64,000 nucleotides of DNA from the NCBI GenBank assembly GCA_965649765.1, contig OZ287756.1, positions 1,798,001 through 1,862,000 on the forward strand, written 5' to 3'. This stretch comes from Bispira polyomma (taxonomy: Eukaryota). Made by a program: the position numbers and the translations under genes. How positions within the stretch are numbered: position 1 is the first letter of the stretch; each line of letters begins with the position of its first letter. This document shows, in pieces, positions 13,701 to 27,500 of the stretch. The notes under the pieces were generated by a model, which did no database searches, had not been told where the DNA came from, and saw only the letters and a program-made list of their open reading frames with translations.

Positions 13701-14849
13701 ATTCCAAGTTTTTATTTGTAATTCTGTTTTTAAAACGTTTCCTAAAGGTTACTTCTTATTGTTTCGTAAACTTAATATGTTGGAGGTTATTAAACCATTT
13801 TTACTGTGATAATTTAGAAACTGAAACATCTTTTAAATTTTTTAAATATTTGCAATTGCCAACAGTCGCTTTAAGAAGTGATGAGATGTTTGTAGTATGC
13901 AAGTGCACATTTCTGCATGAAAACCTTGCTATATATTACCATATAAACACTTGTACAGTTTTTAATTAATACATCAACTGTCACAAATATTGACTTTGAC
14001 ACATGTTACGTACTGGCATCATTGTTACTGGTATTCGGGAAATTGAGACACGTACACATCAATATGAGAAAAAATTGAAGATTCTTACTATTTCATATAT
14101 GGTGTCTCTTCTAAAGCTCCCACTATGAAGAACCCCCAATGAAAGCAAACATGTGTACATATAAGGTAATATTCAAGTAGGTAGTATGACGACAAGCGAG
14201 TACTTTAAGTCAGCACTGAGTGATGTCAGAAAAATGTAAGGCCCAGTCACACCTAGATGGCGAAAGGATTTGGTTGTTTCTATATAAAAAAAATTTCCTA
14301 TTGTCCTAATTTGTTTGATTAGCGGTAAATACTAACTCCCTTGATGAATGTCTAGATTTTAATCATCTTTGTTAACATACTTCCACACAAAACACACATT
14401 TTGTTGCGTCTAATTGTAAAATAATGACGGTATTTTTTGTTTATTAAATGTAGCGGTGAATCGTTGACAGTTCTTAACTAGTAGATGGTCAGAGATAGTT
14501 AAATACGCTTAAAAAGAAGTATGCCAACTTCATAAAGCGCATACTTCAACTGGTGGGGGTAGAGGTCTTCTTCAGCTGCCAAGTCATTTACTCAGGCAAA
14601 ACAGTAAACAACCACAGAGCTTTATCAGGGCCCTTTTAAATAGTTTGAATAAATGGCTAAAATTGGTGCAATTAAATGGGTCAGCTCACTTACATAGTGC
14701 TGAACCAATTTCTAGTTGTGAAGTAACTAGTCAAAAATTTTGAAAAATAGATGCATTGTTATTATCCCTAAATAAAAGTTATTATTTTGTTTGTACATAT
14801 AGTGCATTATTTTAAGAACAAAACACAGAAATAGAGAACTATCAGTTTG

Positions 14850-15480
14850 ATTGAAATATTTAAAACAAAATACAAGGATACAAAAAAAAAGGTTTAAGTA
14901 ATAAATGAGTGAACTACATAAAATACTGCATTACTGGATTATATTAAGTAATATTGAAGTACTCAATTAAACACCTTAATTCTTCCTTAGTGAAACAATT
15001 ATTGCATTCTATGTTTAAAATATTTATCATATCAATATGCTTAAAACTGTCTCTATCTCTATTTCTCATCATTTGTACCACCACAGGCATGAAAACCTCA
15101 ACCTGCCTAGAAGAATTAATACTAAGCTTAATTCTTACTAGGTTCAAAGTTCTACAAATCCAGGAATTACTACCATGAAAAACTAGTAAAGCACAAAAAT
15201 TTACAATAGTATTATCACAAGTAATGATACTATTAAGAAACTTTAAACATCTTTTAATCAGCTGATCTTCCATAGTTAAATCAAAAACAGCTCTTAGTAC
15301 GTAAACATGATGCGCCCTCAGACCTAAATTAATTAATTGTCTCATGCAGTTCCAAGTTACATAAAATTACCAACATACTTTGGAGAATAGATATCATAAA
15401 ACACTTCCATATAACGTTATATAATATGTTTTTAAACAAGCTGTACTTTCATATAACATTCCATTAAATTGTGACCTATT
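14850..15480 (-). mobile_element. Decayed 3' end of a non-LTR retrotransposon ORF2 (clade not determined), just downstream of the PARP stop
   Basis: YGSVL*...FYVTWNCMRQLINLGLRAHHVYVL...EDQLIKRCLKFLNSIITCDNTIVNF resembles the post-RT C-terminal region of LINE ORF2. Confidence 0.6.
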
Positions 15481-15601
15481 ACATTACCAAGATGATTAGG
15501 ACATTATATCTTCAATTAATTCTCCCTCATGACCATCTTTGTAAGTGATAATATATTCTGGAATATGTGTTAATCTGTTTATATTGCACTTCTTGAATTC
15601 C

Positions 15602-15888
15602 CTATTGAGGGTTGGCAGAGTAGGTGATGAGATACTCTGGATATGCCATTGCATCATAAAACACGGCAAAAATCGCAGGCATCTCGACCTTGTTGACCAC
15701 TGAGTCATAGCGTTTTTTTGTCTTCTCATCCCTGTAAGGCGGCACCAGCATGTCGCTGGTGCCCCTTGTGAATGCCCCTGTTAGCACACGACAGAGGTAC
15801 ATATTTTTCCTGTCATTATCTTTTTCTGTATAAGAGTGGGCCAAGTGCGCATCATTGGCAAAGTACACTCCTTTTCCATAGAAAGTGC
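15602..15888 (-). CDS. PARP14: PARP14-like last coding exon, ART domain (YGKGVYFA...PAIFAVFYDAMAYPEYLITYSANPQ*)
   Basis: Within ORF 15602..15958; ttccttacag acceptor; TAG stop. Confidence 0.95.
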
Positions 15889-18800
15889 CTGTAAGGAAGA
15901 GACAAGTAGATGTTATATACTGTGTACACAGTAGGTCGAGTTTTTCTATGTTTGTCAATATTTTAATTACATAAAAAATGTCTGAAAGTTTCGATGAAAC
16001 ACATCAAAAAATAATTGACAAGAATACATATATGGTGGGCCACAGTATCAGATGATCATGTGCAAGGCTGTGGTACTTTGTTTATAGAGAAATAAGAAAC
16101 ATTTTTTTCTGAAAAACACCAGATGTCTAATGTCTGGAAACAGTATATCTTTTGACTAAAGTTGTGACTTACACTACACCATAATATAAAAGCTAGCTTT
16201 TCTTTCTAAATATTTTAACTGTATTAGGTGAAAAGACGATTGTCTCTGATGTAATTACTGAGAGATAACATGGATGATAAGTAGACTGGCTGTTGAACAT
16301 GAACAGTCTTAAATAGGAAACTCAACTGGTAGCCAGTGGAGTTTTTGAAACAGAGGGGCTATATGTGACCGTTAAACAGTCTTATCTACAATTATACTAT
16401 TGTTTCAAATTTTTAGTCAAGTTAAATTGTAATCAAGGCTTTTGCAACTTCAACAGCAGTGTCAAAAGTTATGTACCAACTAATCCTGCGAAAGTCACCC
16501 TTATTATAATAGCAAGATCGGCAGATGTTTGACACAAATCAGTCAAAAATGACTCCTATATTATCGTTACTATTATCAGGATCGTAGAGATTTATAGGTG
16601 AAAAAACGTTAATTACCTTGTGGTTTGAAGCCAATACATGGATAGTTTTTTTTTTGTCTCAATTAAACTTTAGTTTTGAATGATTAAACTATGTTTCAAA
16701 TAATATAAGGTAACTACAGAGCTGGTCAAACATTTGGGAACAGTTTGTAGAACTGTGGGAGCAGTCTATTTGAGTATGATCTGCACAAAAGTAATAGCCT
16801 ATATCAGGTGTGAGCATATTAATTTACGAGTTGTGCACAGTGAAAATAGATTGGTTCCAAGAACAAAGCATCATTGGATACTAAGTGGGAGATCAACAGG
16901 AGATGACATAGCTCCACCAAGTCTGATGACTTGACTGTCCCAATCTGATACATACCAATCCACAAAAGAACAGACAGTTTTGTTCTTATATTTGATGCCC
17001 CTCAAGCCATACCCCAATATTTACCATTTTTTCCACAGAAAGATCTATTAAATCCATTGCTGTGGATGTCATCCAGTGAAGTCTCTGCGGTGCCATGCCA
17101 CAGTTCCCGCTCAATCTGCTTGATGGTCGGGTTCTTCATCTCTACAGAGAACTTGTTACTTGCGTATGACCTGAAGACTTGCGGGTTTTGGATCCTCTTG
17201 ATCTGTGATAAATGACAGAAAACTAGTGTCTCTTGTTCACATACCTTGGCATTAAATTTAACAAAGGAGACATAAGTGAATAAATCAATGTAAGGAAGAG
17301 CACCGTGCAAGGCCTGAAAATCAAGTACATGTTTAAAACAGAATAAGGAATTTACAACAGTAATGCTAGAATATGACTACTATAGGGGTTCAAATGCTGC
17401 AAGGTTACATCAACTTGGATATGAAACAATACATAATCAGGTATATGTATAATGTACTGAAACCATACAAGGAATTAATAAGAAAAATCAGGAATCAACA
17501 TATTTGAAGATTAAATGAGACACAGAATATAAAGGCAACCACAAAATTTTATAAAAAGAAGTTCAGCAGTTTTTAAGTAATCCTGCTAAAAACAACTGGC
17601 AGGGCATAAAGCATAAAGTCCTTCGCTATTACACAGTAATATGATCATTATTAAACAAACAAACCAATTGATAAAGTGCACAACATAGTGGCTATTACTC
17701 ACACTCAGTATCTTTTTCAAGTAGTCACTCTGCTTTGACATGCTCTCTTTAAACTTCCTCTCGACGAGTTCGTAGTCAATATCGGATGTAGGGAGATCGA
17801 CCACAACAAATTGCTGTCTGTGGTCCATGTCTGTCCATGTTTCAGGTAACTCTATGAGGCCTATGGTTAAACAAATAGAATACACTAATGTTGTCTGTAA
17901 CAACACACTGACTGGAAGGCATCAATATGATGATTGTCGATAAGTGGGTGGTATATATATATATATATAGGTAATATTGTAAAGCATGAGGAACAGGTCT
18001 TTATTGAATAAAATTTTGTGTATATACAGTAAAACTTTCGACAGTGACATATACAGTAGAACCTGTATTATAATATTCAAATGTTGGAACAGCATGTTTT
18101 GATTTGAATAATAGAAAGTTCGAAAGAGGCATTTATCTATAACACAATAGGAAATGGGATAGTGAAAATACATATTATAGTTCACACAATAGAGCCTCAA
18201 GTATGAGGTGTCAGTTTGCTTTGTGTTTTCTTATCTTACCTGGCGCGTATCTCCTGACTGCGCTCGCGGCTGACCTGTCTCCCAGAGGGTACTCCTGCAT
18301 GGTCCCAAAGTCCACCCGGAACTCGCCTTCCTTCTCGGACCATTTAGCATACGCCTGCTGGGCCCTGTGTGCCTTCTCAATCAAAAGGTTGATTTCAGGA
18401 GGGTAACTCTCATAGTCATCATCATCCAGATACTGCCACTTTACCTAAAATTGTGTTGTATCTAAATTGATATTCAATCCATTTATCTACCTTTATCTGT
18501 CATTAAAATCGCTAATTAACCCTTGGCTGCCTAAGTATAGCCAGGAAGCACCAGTATAATTGTTTTCCTCTCTGAACACAGAGGCTTGCCTATTAGTCAA
18601 TGTATAGTTTTTAAAATCTACCATGGGGATACTGCATTTGATAAGGACCTAGACATGCTGCACGACAACCAGAAGAACAAAGTAGATTACTAAATCAAAG
18701 TTGATAACTTAGAAATAATTTTTGTTTGGTGTGTCAATCAATATCGAATTTTATGCAAATAAAAAGTATTTATGCGGTATAATATAAGACTATTTGATCA

Positions 18801-21498
18801 ATAATAAGGAGAGTAATAAACAAGATTAATCCTTTTGGACTTTAGATACTGTCTGGAAAATATCTTATAATATAATTGCCATGAAATTATTTATGTAATG
18901 TAAATTGGCATAGTTGTTTGCACTACATGTATTTATATTGTGTAATTATTGTACTATATGTGTGTTTTTTTTTCATTATCCTGGAGAGTATGTTTGAACG
19001 TTGACAGTGAACACCCGTAATTTGCAAGCAGAAAACCTTCACCAACTAACGACTCGGTATTATTGTACTTTTAACATTGCATAACATACAGCAAAACATT
19101 AGATGTTTAGAACTCCTCTATTTATCAAGAATATGTGGGCCATATATTGCCGACCAGTAAGAACAAATCCATTAAAATAATCGCTGGTTAAAATGAAAAA
19201 AAAAAATATAATTTTTTTCACATAATTTAGTCTTAAAACATCAAACAATGTATTATGCAGGCAATAATAGATTATTTCTTTGAATTTTGGTAAATTTGAC
19301 CAAAGTGGCTCCAAACCTCATTTTAAAAACTATTCTGAGCGAATTTTAGTGTAGATCTTATCAGTACAGTACTACACAGAGGTAACTATGTACAGGCTAA
19401 TAAAGAATGTAAATCTGCAGCAATTATATGGTACTGTTTTACATATTTGCAAACAACTTTGTAAATACATTACAACTGAACTATAGGTAATGCGTATGTG
19501 TATAACGTTCTGTTTCTTCATAATTTGTAAATATTTTATTTTTGTTCCTTTGTATGTTTTAAAATGAACATCACTGTATGAATAATACAATCAATAAATA
19601 GGAGCTTACGGTCTGATGAAGCTTGGCAGCCTCCTTCTTTCTATCCTCCAATTCGTCAGCCTCCTGTAGAATCTCCATTATTTTCAGATAGGCCCCGGTT
19701 GTCCCTGTGGCTCTCCCCTGAACACTGATACGAGTCTTACCACCATCTTTGATAACACGCACAACCACTGAGTACTTCTTCTCATAGGACTTAATCTTCT
19801 CAATCTGTCGGACAGCAAATGCATGAGAGCAATATATATATACATGTATATGTGTCATGGTAGAATGTCCAATTTGGAAGGATTTAAAATTCCAGTGGAC
19901 AGTCCAATTAGTCTAAAAAAAACAATAATACAAGGACGTGCACTTTCTTCTTTGGTTGAGTTATAGAAGTTAGATCTTTAACTGTCATGATTTCAGTTGG
20001 TCTCAATTATATATTTTACATAGCATTTCATGTTCTTCGTATTTTGTCTTTATTATTTTATTTTTCCTTAGACCCTTTTAGGAGTTTTGTACTCTGATAT
20101 TCCAGGTGATAATTGATTAATTCTTGCGGTGGTGGTGCCGTAACAAAGCGTAAAACAATGTATCCACCAGAGTTTTCCGGTGGATACAATTAGTAATTTT
20201 ACTATGTTATGTTTTATGTCATCCTCTGAGTTCTTTATAGATGGCTATCTGTTAAAGAGATCCCATGTTGTGCCTTTACTCATACACAGATTTGTATTTA
20301 CATTCCTGTAAAACTTTGCCAAACATATTTTTTATATTGGTGCAATAATTTTAATTTTTTAGGACATATATATATAATTTTCAATAGTTAGGACCTCAGT
20401 TGTCATAACTGCTGTTCAGCTTTAACCCCTTTATGATCAGAGAAAGAAGCATGGGCAATTAGCATTTTTTAGTAAGTGGCAACAATTCTCTTGATATAAA
20501 TATTCAGTCAATTCTACTTTTAAAGTTTGGGTGAACAGGACTTTCTCTTGTATATTTAATAATATTAGACATATAAGCAGAATCAACCCTGCGGGTCGAA
20601 AATTAGCTCAAAATCGCTCTATCTAGCACTGTTTCCAACCGACGTTTAAAAAACCCGACATTTTTAAAATTTAAATCGTTATATATTGGTAACGATCTCA
20701 CTTTTTCCCCATTTTGTACGATTGATTGACTCTGTCAATCAGTCAATTATAACCAGATTTATCTAAAAATTGACAGACATCTAGGGTTTGGTATGTGTAA
20801 TGCGCATGCCAAATTTCATTGAACTATGAGATGTACTTTAAAAAAAAGTTAATAAAAGTGCAAGACAGGGCAAACTAGACCAAACCACTCATTTAAAGTA
20901 CTCTGTGCTCATTAAGTACTAAACTTAGAACCATGAGATTTCACGTCATACATCAAACCAAAAAGTAAATGAATAACTTATACCAAGAAAAATCCAAAAT
21001 CCCAATAGTTTCCAAGAAAAGTGAAGATTTTTCGCATTTCAATAAAAAATCAATCGGTCGGCAATCGGTCAATTATCATCTGATTGATCTCAACAGCGTC
21101 TCTGTCCAGAAAATGTCTTTACCAATGTACATATCAAATGTCATTGATCTATGACAAAACTTTCTGAGACAACCAAGTGACAAGCAAGTTTACATTCCCA
21201 TGGTCACCTGACATGTAAGTAGGCCATAGTTCAAATTTAAGAATTTAAAAAAAAAATCCCACACCTGGTTAACATATCTGCCAAAAATAATTATGCTCCA
21301 GATAATATTGAAGGAGATATTCAAAGAAGTCCATGCAGCATCACAGGCGGTCACAGCAAGGAAATTAGGGATGAAACCAAATAAACACCCTTTTCAAGGG
21401 ACACTTAATTATCAGAACGATGTTGCCCTATCCATTTATATATTGATACAAAAAAATGTTTTCTCCAAGTAATATTATTGCATACAGGTACATTTATC

Positions 21499-21548
<50 letters not shown>

Positions 21549-24500
21549 ATCCAATTTTGATTTACAAAGAACTTTCTGCCTTTTGGATCAGTATGATATT
21601 ATTATTTTATAATTTAACACACTTTATTGATGCTTGGCATCTTCTAAAGGGCAACAGCAGAATCAGTAATCCAATCGTGTGATCCATAGACATAGCAAAG
21701 TTGCAAGGGAGGATGTGGGGATGTACAGAAGGGAAACTAAGGCTGGAAGGCCAAGCTAAAAAGATAGTTTTTAGGCTTTTTCCTAAAACTGATAAGTGTG
21801 TCTGATGATATGTGGTCGACTGTTCCATAACAAGGGAGCTGCAATGGAGAAACATCTGGATTCCGCCTTTGTGGAGGCATTAACAAAAGAAACAGAGAGT
21901 CTATTGCCTGTGTTTAGGTTACTGAAACACAGAAGGGAAGCGTGGTAAAAGAGCTGTTGAGCCTTGAATGTGGTAACGTTAATTTTGAACAAAATTCTAT
22001 ATTGATCGGGAAGCCAATGTAGTTTTTTGGAGGGATGAAGTGACATCGGTGCAAACGTCCACGCAAAAAATCACCCTGCATAACTGGACTGAAGCTTTTT
22101 AATTTGACTTGTTTACTCAAAACAAAAGGGACTAGTTAAAAGAGTATTTGCCTCCGTAATACCAGTGTCTAGTGACAGATGGGTTCGGATTTGCTCAATT
22201 AGTAAAGTCGCAAAGTAGGCCATGGTCGATGGTGTCGAAAGCTGCTGAAAGATGTAAAAGGGTGAGGGCCATAGTTTTGTTGTGGTCCAATGCAAAGTTA
22301 ATTACATTAAACACCGGTTTGTAGTTTTTGAGCAAGTTTTAGTCAAGCCCTGGATTTTTTAGCAACGGAGTAACATTGGCAGTTTTGAAACAAGTGGGGA
22401 AATACCATCCCGAGGAGTAAAAATTTAGTATGTTTGTTATGTGTGTGACTAGAATTTTTAGGCATTGATTGAGAATAATGGCTTGGACAGGATAAGGTTC
22501 ACCAAATTTAATAGGACAGGATTTCAGAAAATCCTTCTCCGAAAGTGTGAGGAAGTGGAATAGTTTAGAAACCTTTTAACCAGGAGTTGCAGGGCAGAAA
22601 TGAGGTGTCTTTGGAAAACCGTCATGGATGTTGCTTATTTTCTTAAATATGTGCAAAGTTATCGCCTAAAATGTAAGAAAACAATTGACAGGGAGAACTT
22701 TACCAGATATTTGATGACAAATTTTATTTATGGAAGCCCATATATTTTTGGAGTTGTGTTTGTTTTCACTGATAATAGAGTCATAGTCCTCCTTTTTGGC
22801 AATAGTTATCAACATGTTGAAGTGGTTTGTGGCAATGCGATACCACCCTCTATCAATGGGATTTTGTACAATGCCATTAACACTCAACTTGACATTTGCG
22901 TCTTTTGGCCTTGGTGATAGCAGCATCGGTCCATTCATGGGGGTTTGTGGGGGGAGGGTTTTAGAGACCCATGGATCATAATTGTCAAAAATCGTAGAAA
23001 ATCTGTGATTATATTGTGAACAGAGGCTGTTTCATGAGATTTAATGCGAGTATGTCATCTCTAAATTTGTTAATACTGATTTTTCTGATATGTCGGTATT
23101 TTAGTACACAAGGTTTTTGTGAAGCGGATACGTAACATAATAATTGACACATTTATAAACATCCTCTTAGGCGCTGATATCCAATAAAGTAAAGTCAAGG
23201 GGCAAGCAAAAGGTTGTTACCAGAAAGTATCCACCAAGAGAAAAGTCACTAAGTTGTGGTAGGCAAGTCTAAAAAGGTAGGTTTTCAGATGGCTTCTGAA
23301 CCAGAATCCTGTGGTTTGACAGTGTGTGGGAGTTTGTTCCATTCAACAGGACCTGCTACAGCAAAGCAGTGCCTAACGATTTTCAGTTTGGTCAGGTTTA
23401 GGAAATGGAGAGGGGGTTTCCCGGAATAAGATTACAAGATTTGATGTGAGACAAAAAATGAGGTTGGTTGAGTGTGATAGTTTTGAACACAAGAAGATTG
23501 TACTTAAAAAGAATGCACTGTTTGACAAGTGGCCAGTGGGGTTTGTTTAGGTATGGTGAGACATGGCTGAATTTGTCAATCTTGTACACAATATGGCAGA
23601 GGAAATTTTGGACTCTTCGGAGCCTTGTTATATTGACCTTATTAATACTGTAAAGCAAGGAGTTGCAATAGTCTTGCTGAATACTCATCACTGCGTTTGC
23701 CATGTGGAACACAGTTTCAAGACTGAGATACCTGCGTATTCTACACAGATCGCGCAGATGATAGTATTAGGCCCGGCATACACTGGCTACATGACTAGTA
23801 TTTGAGTTGTCTTGGTTGAAGATAACACCAAGGTGCTATACTTTACCTTTACTTGATGGTGACATAATGCTGTTAAGGAGACTGATCGGGAACAATTGTT
23901 TAGAACTGTCTTGAGTAGCATTGTCACCTATAGTAGTAAATTAAGTTTTGTCTGGGTTGAGTTTAAGCTTGATACTTCCCATTCATGTTTGCACAGCCTC
24001 AAGGCATCTGACATAATTTGTCAAAGTTTGTTGCATCGAGTGCTAAGTATATTTATGTGTGGTGGGGAGTGGTGCACATGGAGAAAAGAAGAGGGCCCAA
24101 TGCAGAACCTTGTGGGACACCATGCGGAAGTGAGAAAGCTTCTGAAAATTTATCACCAATTTTGATACAGGGATAATTAGGCTGGCAAATGCTAAATGAT
24201 TCAAAACCCCATCAGTGACCCAGACTTCACTGACCAAATTGGAATTCGGTCAGGCTATTACCAGATTCTGTGTGTGATTGTGGAGGTGGCTAGGACTGAA
24301 ATGAACTGTGGGAAGTTAAAAATGGATAATGGCTTCGAATGGCAGAAGGTTGAGGTTTTCAATAAATTCAGAAAAAGTAGCTAGAGAAGGGATAGGTGGT
24401 CGTTAAACAGAGAAATGACTGCAAACTGTGATGGATTCAAATGAGGAAAAGGATTGGACAGGACACAGGACAGGGATTTTTTATAAAAATGCTTACATCC

Positions 24501-27500
24501 CCACGTCTTCGAAGCCTTGGGGAGTGAAAGAATTTGAACCCCGGAGGAGTTATTTAAGTCAAGAATGATGTAGTATCTCTACCACTCAACCACATCTCGG
24601 AGACAGCAGCAACATCAAGGTCGTGGGAAGTGATCAAGTCAATGATGGCAGGTTCCTTATTCCGCACAGATCGGGCGGTAAACATACCGATCTTTAGCAT
24701 GGATGCTGGCGGACCTGGATTGATGCTGACATATCTGCAGAGTGCAGTGAGTACGGGGATCCACAAGCTTATTATGTGGGGTTGGGGCAATGATTAAGGT
24801 GCAGCTTAAAACACAGAAATGCTGTGTTTCCATTGTCCAGAGGATATAAAAGAAGGGCCAATGTGAATTTGCAAATTAGTTTGGTATGCAAAAGCTGCAT
24901 GTGGGGAACTGAGGTGTTCCAGGAATGTAATCTGACAGCGACTAGCACAAAACAAGGGAACAGTATCCCAATCATGACCAAAAAATGTGTACTTAAAAGT
25001 GTGAAATTTATAAGCTATAAAAGCAGAAACTGTAATTTATGTGTAAAAGTTATAAAGCAGAAAAGGGCATGCAAAATAAGCAAAATGACGTATACAATAT
25101 ACAAGGAATGTGTGTAATACTATACAAAGGTGAGATGAGTTTGATATTAAAAGCCCCAAAGAACACAGTGAAAAATAAAAAAAATATATATAAAACAGCA
25201 ACATAACCTGCAGAGGCAGGGTTTAGATAATTTAGTGTAGCCAGACACTAAAACCACTCCACTAAAACCACTCCAGACACTAAAACCACTCCTATGATAT
25301 TCCAAAATGTCAAAATTTAATGTCATTTATCATAACACAAACACCTCTTGAGTGAGCTGAATCAGTGAATCACTTTTCCCTCCTGCAGTGATTAAAATCA
25401 TTAGAAATATCATCTGCACAAAATGTTCCTTGAAGGCAAATTATCTTTATTTTCTGAAGATAATAAATATTTAAGCTGATACTGTCTATCGCATACATGA
25501 ACAAATAAATATCTTGTTAAAAAGATACAATTCAGAGGCCAAAAGTTTTCATTTTTAATAGGATAATATATAATTTTCGTGGTACTATCTAAAGTAATTT
25601 GAAATCTAATTTTTGCTTTAAGTTTGTACAGGGCTTTCCAGTGGGTGTTAGTCAGTAATTATTATCAGTTGTTTACAGTACAGCAAGCTCATTTGTTTAA
25701 ACAATTATATTTCAATCTATTATACCAGAAGTAGTCTGTGGTGTTTGTTTCAATGACTCCTAACTGTAACTTATTTCCCGAAAAAGTTCTTTCAGTTCCT
25801 TGCAATAATTTTCTTTTGGAGTCAATGGAATCAGAACTACTCAAATAAAATAAATGCCCTTGTCTGACAATATTAATAAATGTGACTGACATAGCTTACT
25901 TGTCAGGCAAAATGCATGAACTACGTCATTGAATTATCAGACTATCTAGCACATACCTGACCAGGAGTTAGTTTAGCTATCTTACTGGCTTCATCCTTTT
26001 TCTCCCCAAGAACCATTTCCTGGCACTCCTCTGCACAGATTTTATCCAGTTGTTCAACGGCCTATGAAAACAACATGAATAAATCTGACTCCAAAGGGGA
26101 CTTCACAGTCTCTACTAAGGGTTACACAACAGACAGTAGACTCTGTATGAGCTGAATGTCCAATAGCCACATGATTCTAAGTATGGCCAACTACTTGTAC
26201 CTTATTTGGAAGTAGAATTCATGAATGTTGGGATCATAAAATTGGTCCTAAGACAACTTACACTGGTTTTAGCTACAAAGAATCTACTGTATTGAAATAT
26301 TAATAGATCCTGATATAACAGATACATATTTTCAATATATTATATTGCAACATACAAAAACAATATCCGGTAGATTATTTTCATAATAAAATCTTTATAT
26401 ATCGCTCACTTTTTGGTATTTTAGAATAATGTAAGACTGTATTGTAAGTAATGTCTGCAGTTTACTGAATAAATTAAATATTGTTTTATCCAATTTTACT
26501 GGGCAAGAACTAATTAAATTTTGAAACTCATTTTCATTTTTGCAAATGTATAACTGGAACATGATCCAATATATTGTAATACATATTGTGAATACGGTTA
26601 AAATATCGCAATATGACTGTCCTGCACAAAACGCCATCTTAAAACCTTCATACATTATACTCAAATAAACCTTTTTCAACATATGGTAAGAATGTTTGCG
26701 AAGACAGCCACCTTGCAGACACATCACTTACTGAATTAATATTTTTCATTTCAAATCCAAATATTTCCAGTGCGAGAATCTGGAGATTCTCGTGTGTTGT
26801 CGGCTCCATATCTGGGAACAACCTCTCATCCTCCTCCTCCTCCCCCTCAGATGCCTCGTCACTAAAGGATCCACTCCTATGGGCCTTTATTGGTGCTCCT
26901 GTAAAAGGGATATAAAGAATTTTCTCTTACTCTAATGTTTAAATCCTATGAAGAAGTACCCTGTGTTATTCAAACTTATACTATTCCAATAATTGAATTC
27001 ATCAACTAATTTTTCACTGTCCCAAGTTTCTGTTTTCCTATTGTTTCCTGCAGATTTGTCACAATCTCTTACGTATCCAAACAACATTTTAATCTCCGAA
27101 AATATTTTGGATAATAGAGGTTGTACTATGGTGTCACCAGACGTACAATATAATTCAGGGAGTTGGTCTGGGTGATTGAAAGTTTCCTGATTAGTCTGGT
27201 GATCAGATGGTCTCCCAGTTCGACTCTGGCTAATGACACTAGGTTTATTGGTGGGATAAACCTCCTTGGTCAAAGATGTGAACACACCAATGACAACCAA
27301 AGCTATGTTGAAGGAATATCCATATCAGTTGAATGATCGTGAGAATTATCAAGCTGATGTCTGTAAACCTGTAAATGTTGCATTAGGTGTGAAGTGTCAA
27401 GGTAGTGGAAATATATCCTCATATTTTCAAATACAAAGCCTAATTTGAGAAAATAATGTTGCAGTAACCGTTTTGGACAGCCCAAATTTTGCATCAGTAC

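Noticed and set aside
9000-14800. ORFs 10097..10486 and 12386..12661
   Set aside because: Composition fits random AT-rich sequence, with no domain motifs or splice support.
26932-27300. 122-aa intronic ORF as an extra PARP exon
   Set aside because: It has a phase-1 acceptor, but I found no phase-1 donor, and the flanking exons join in frame without it. An alternative terminal exon cannot be excluded without RNA data.
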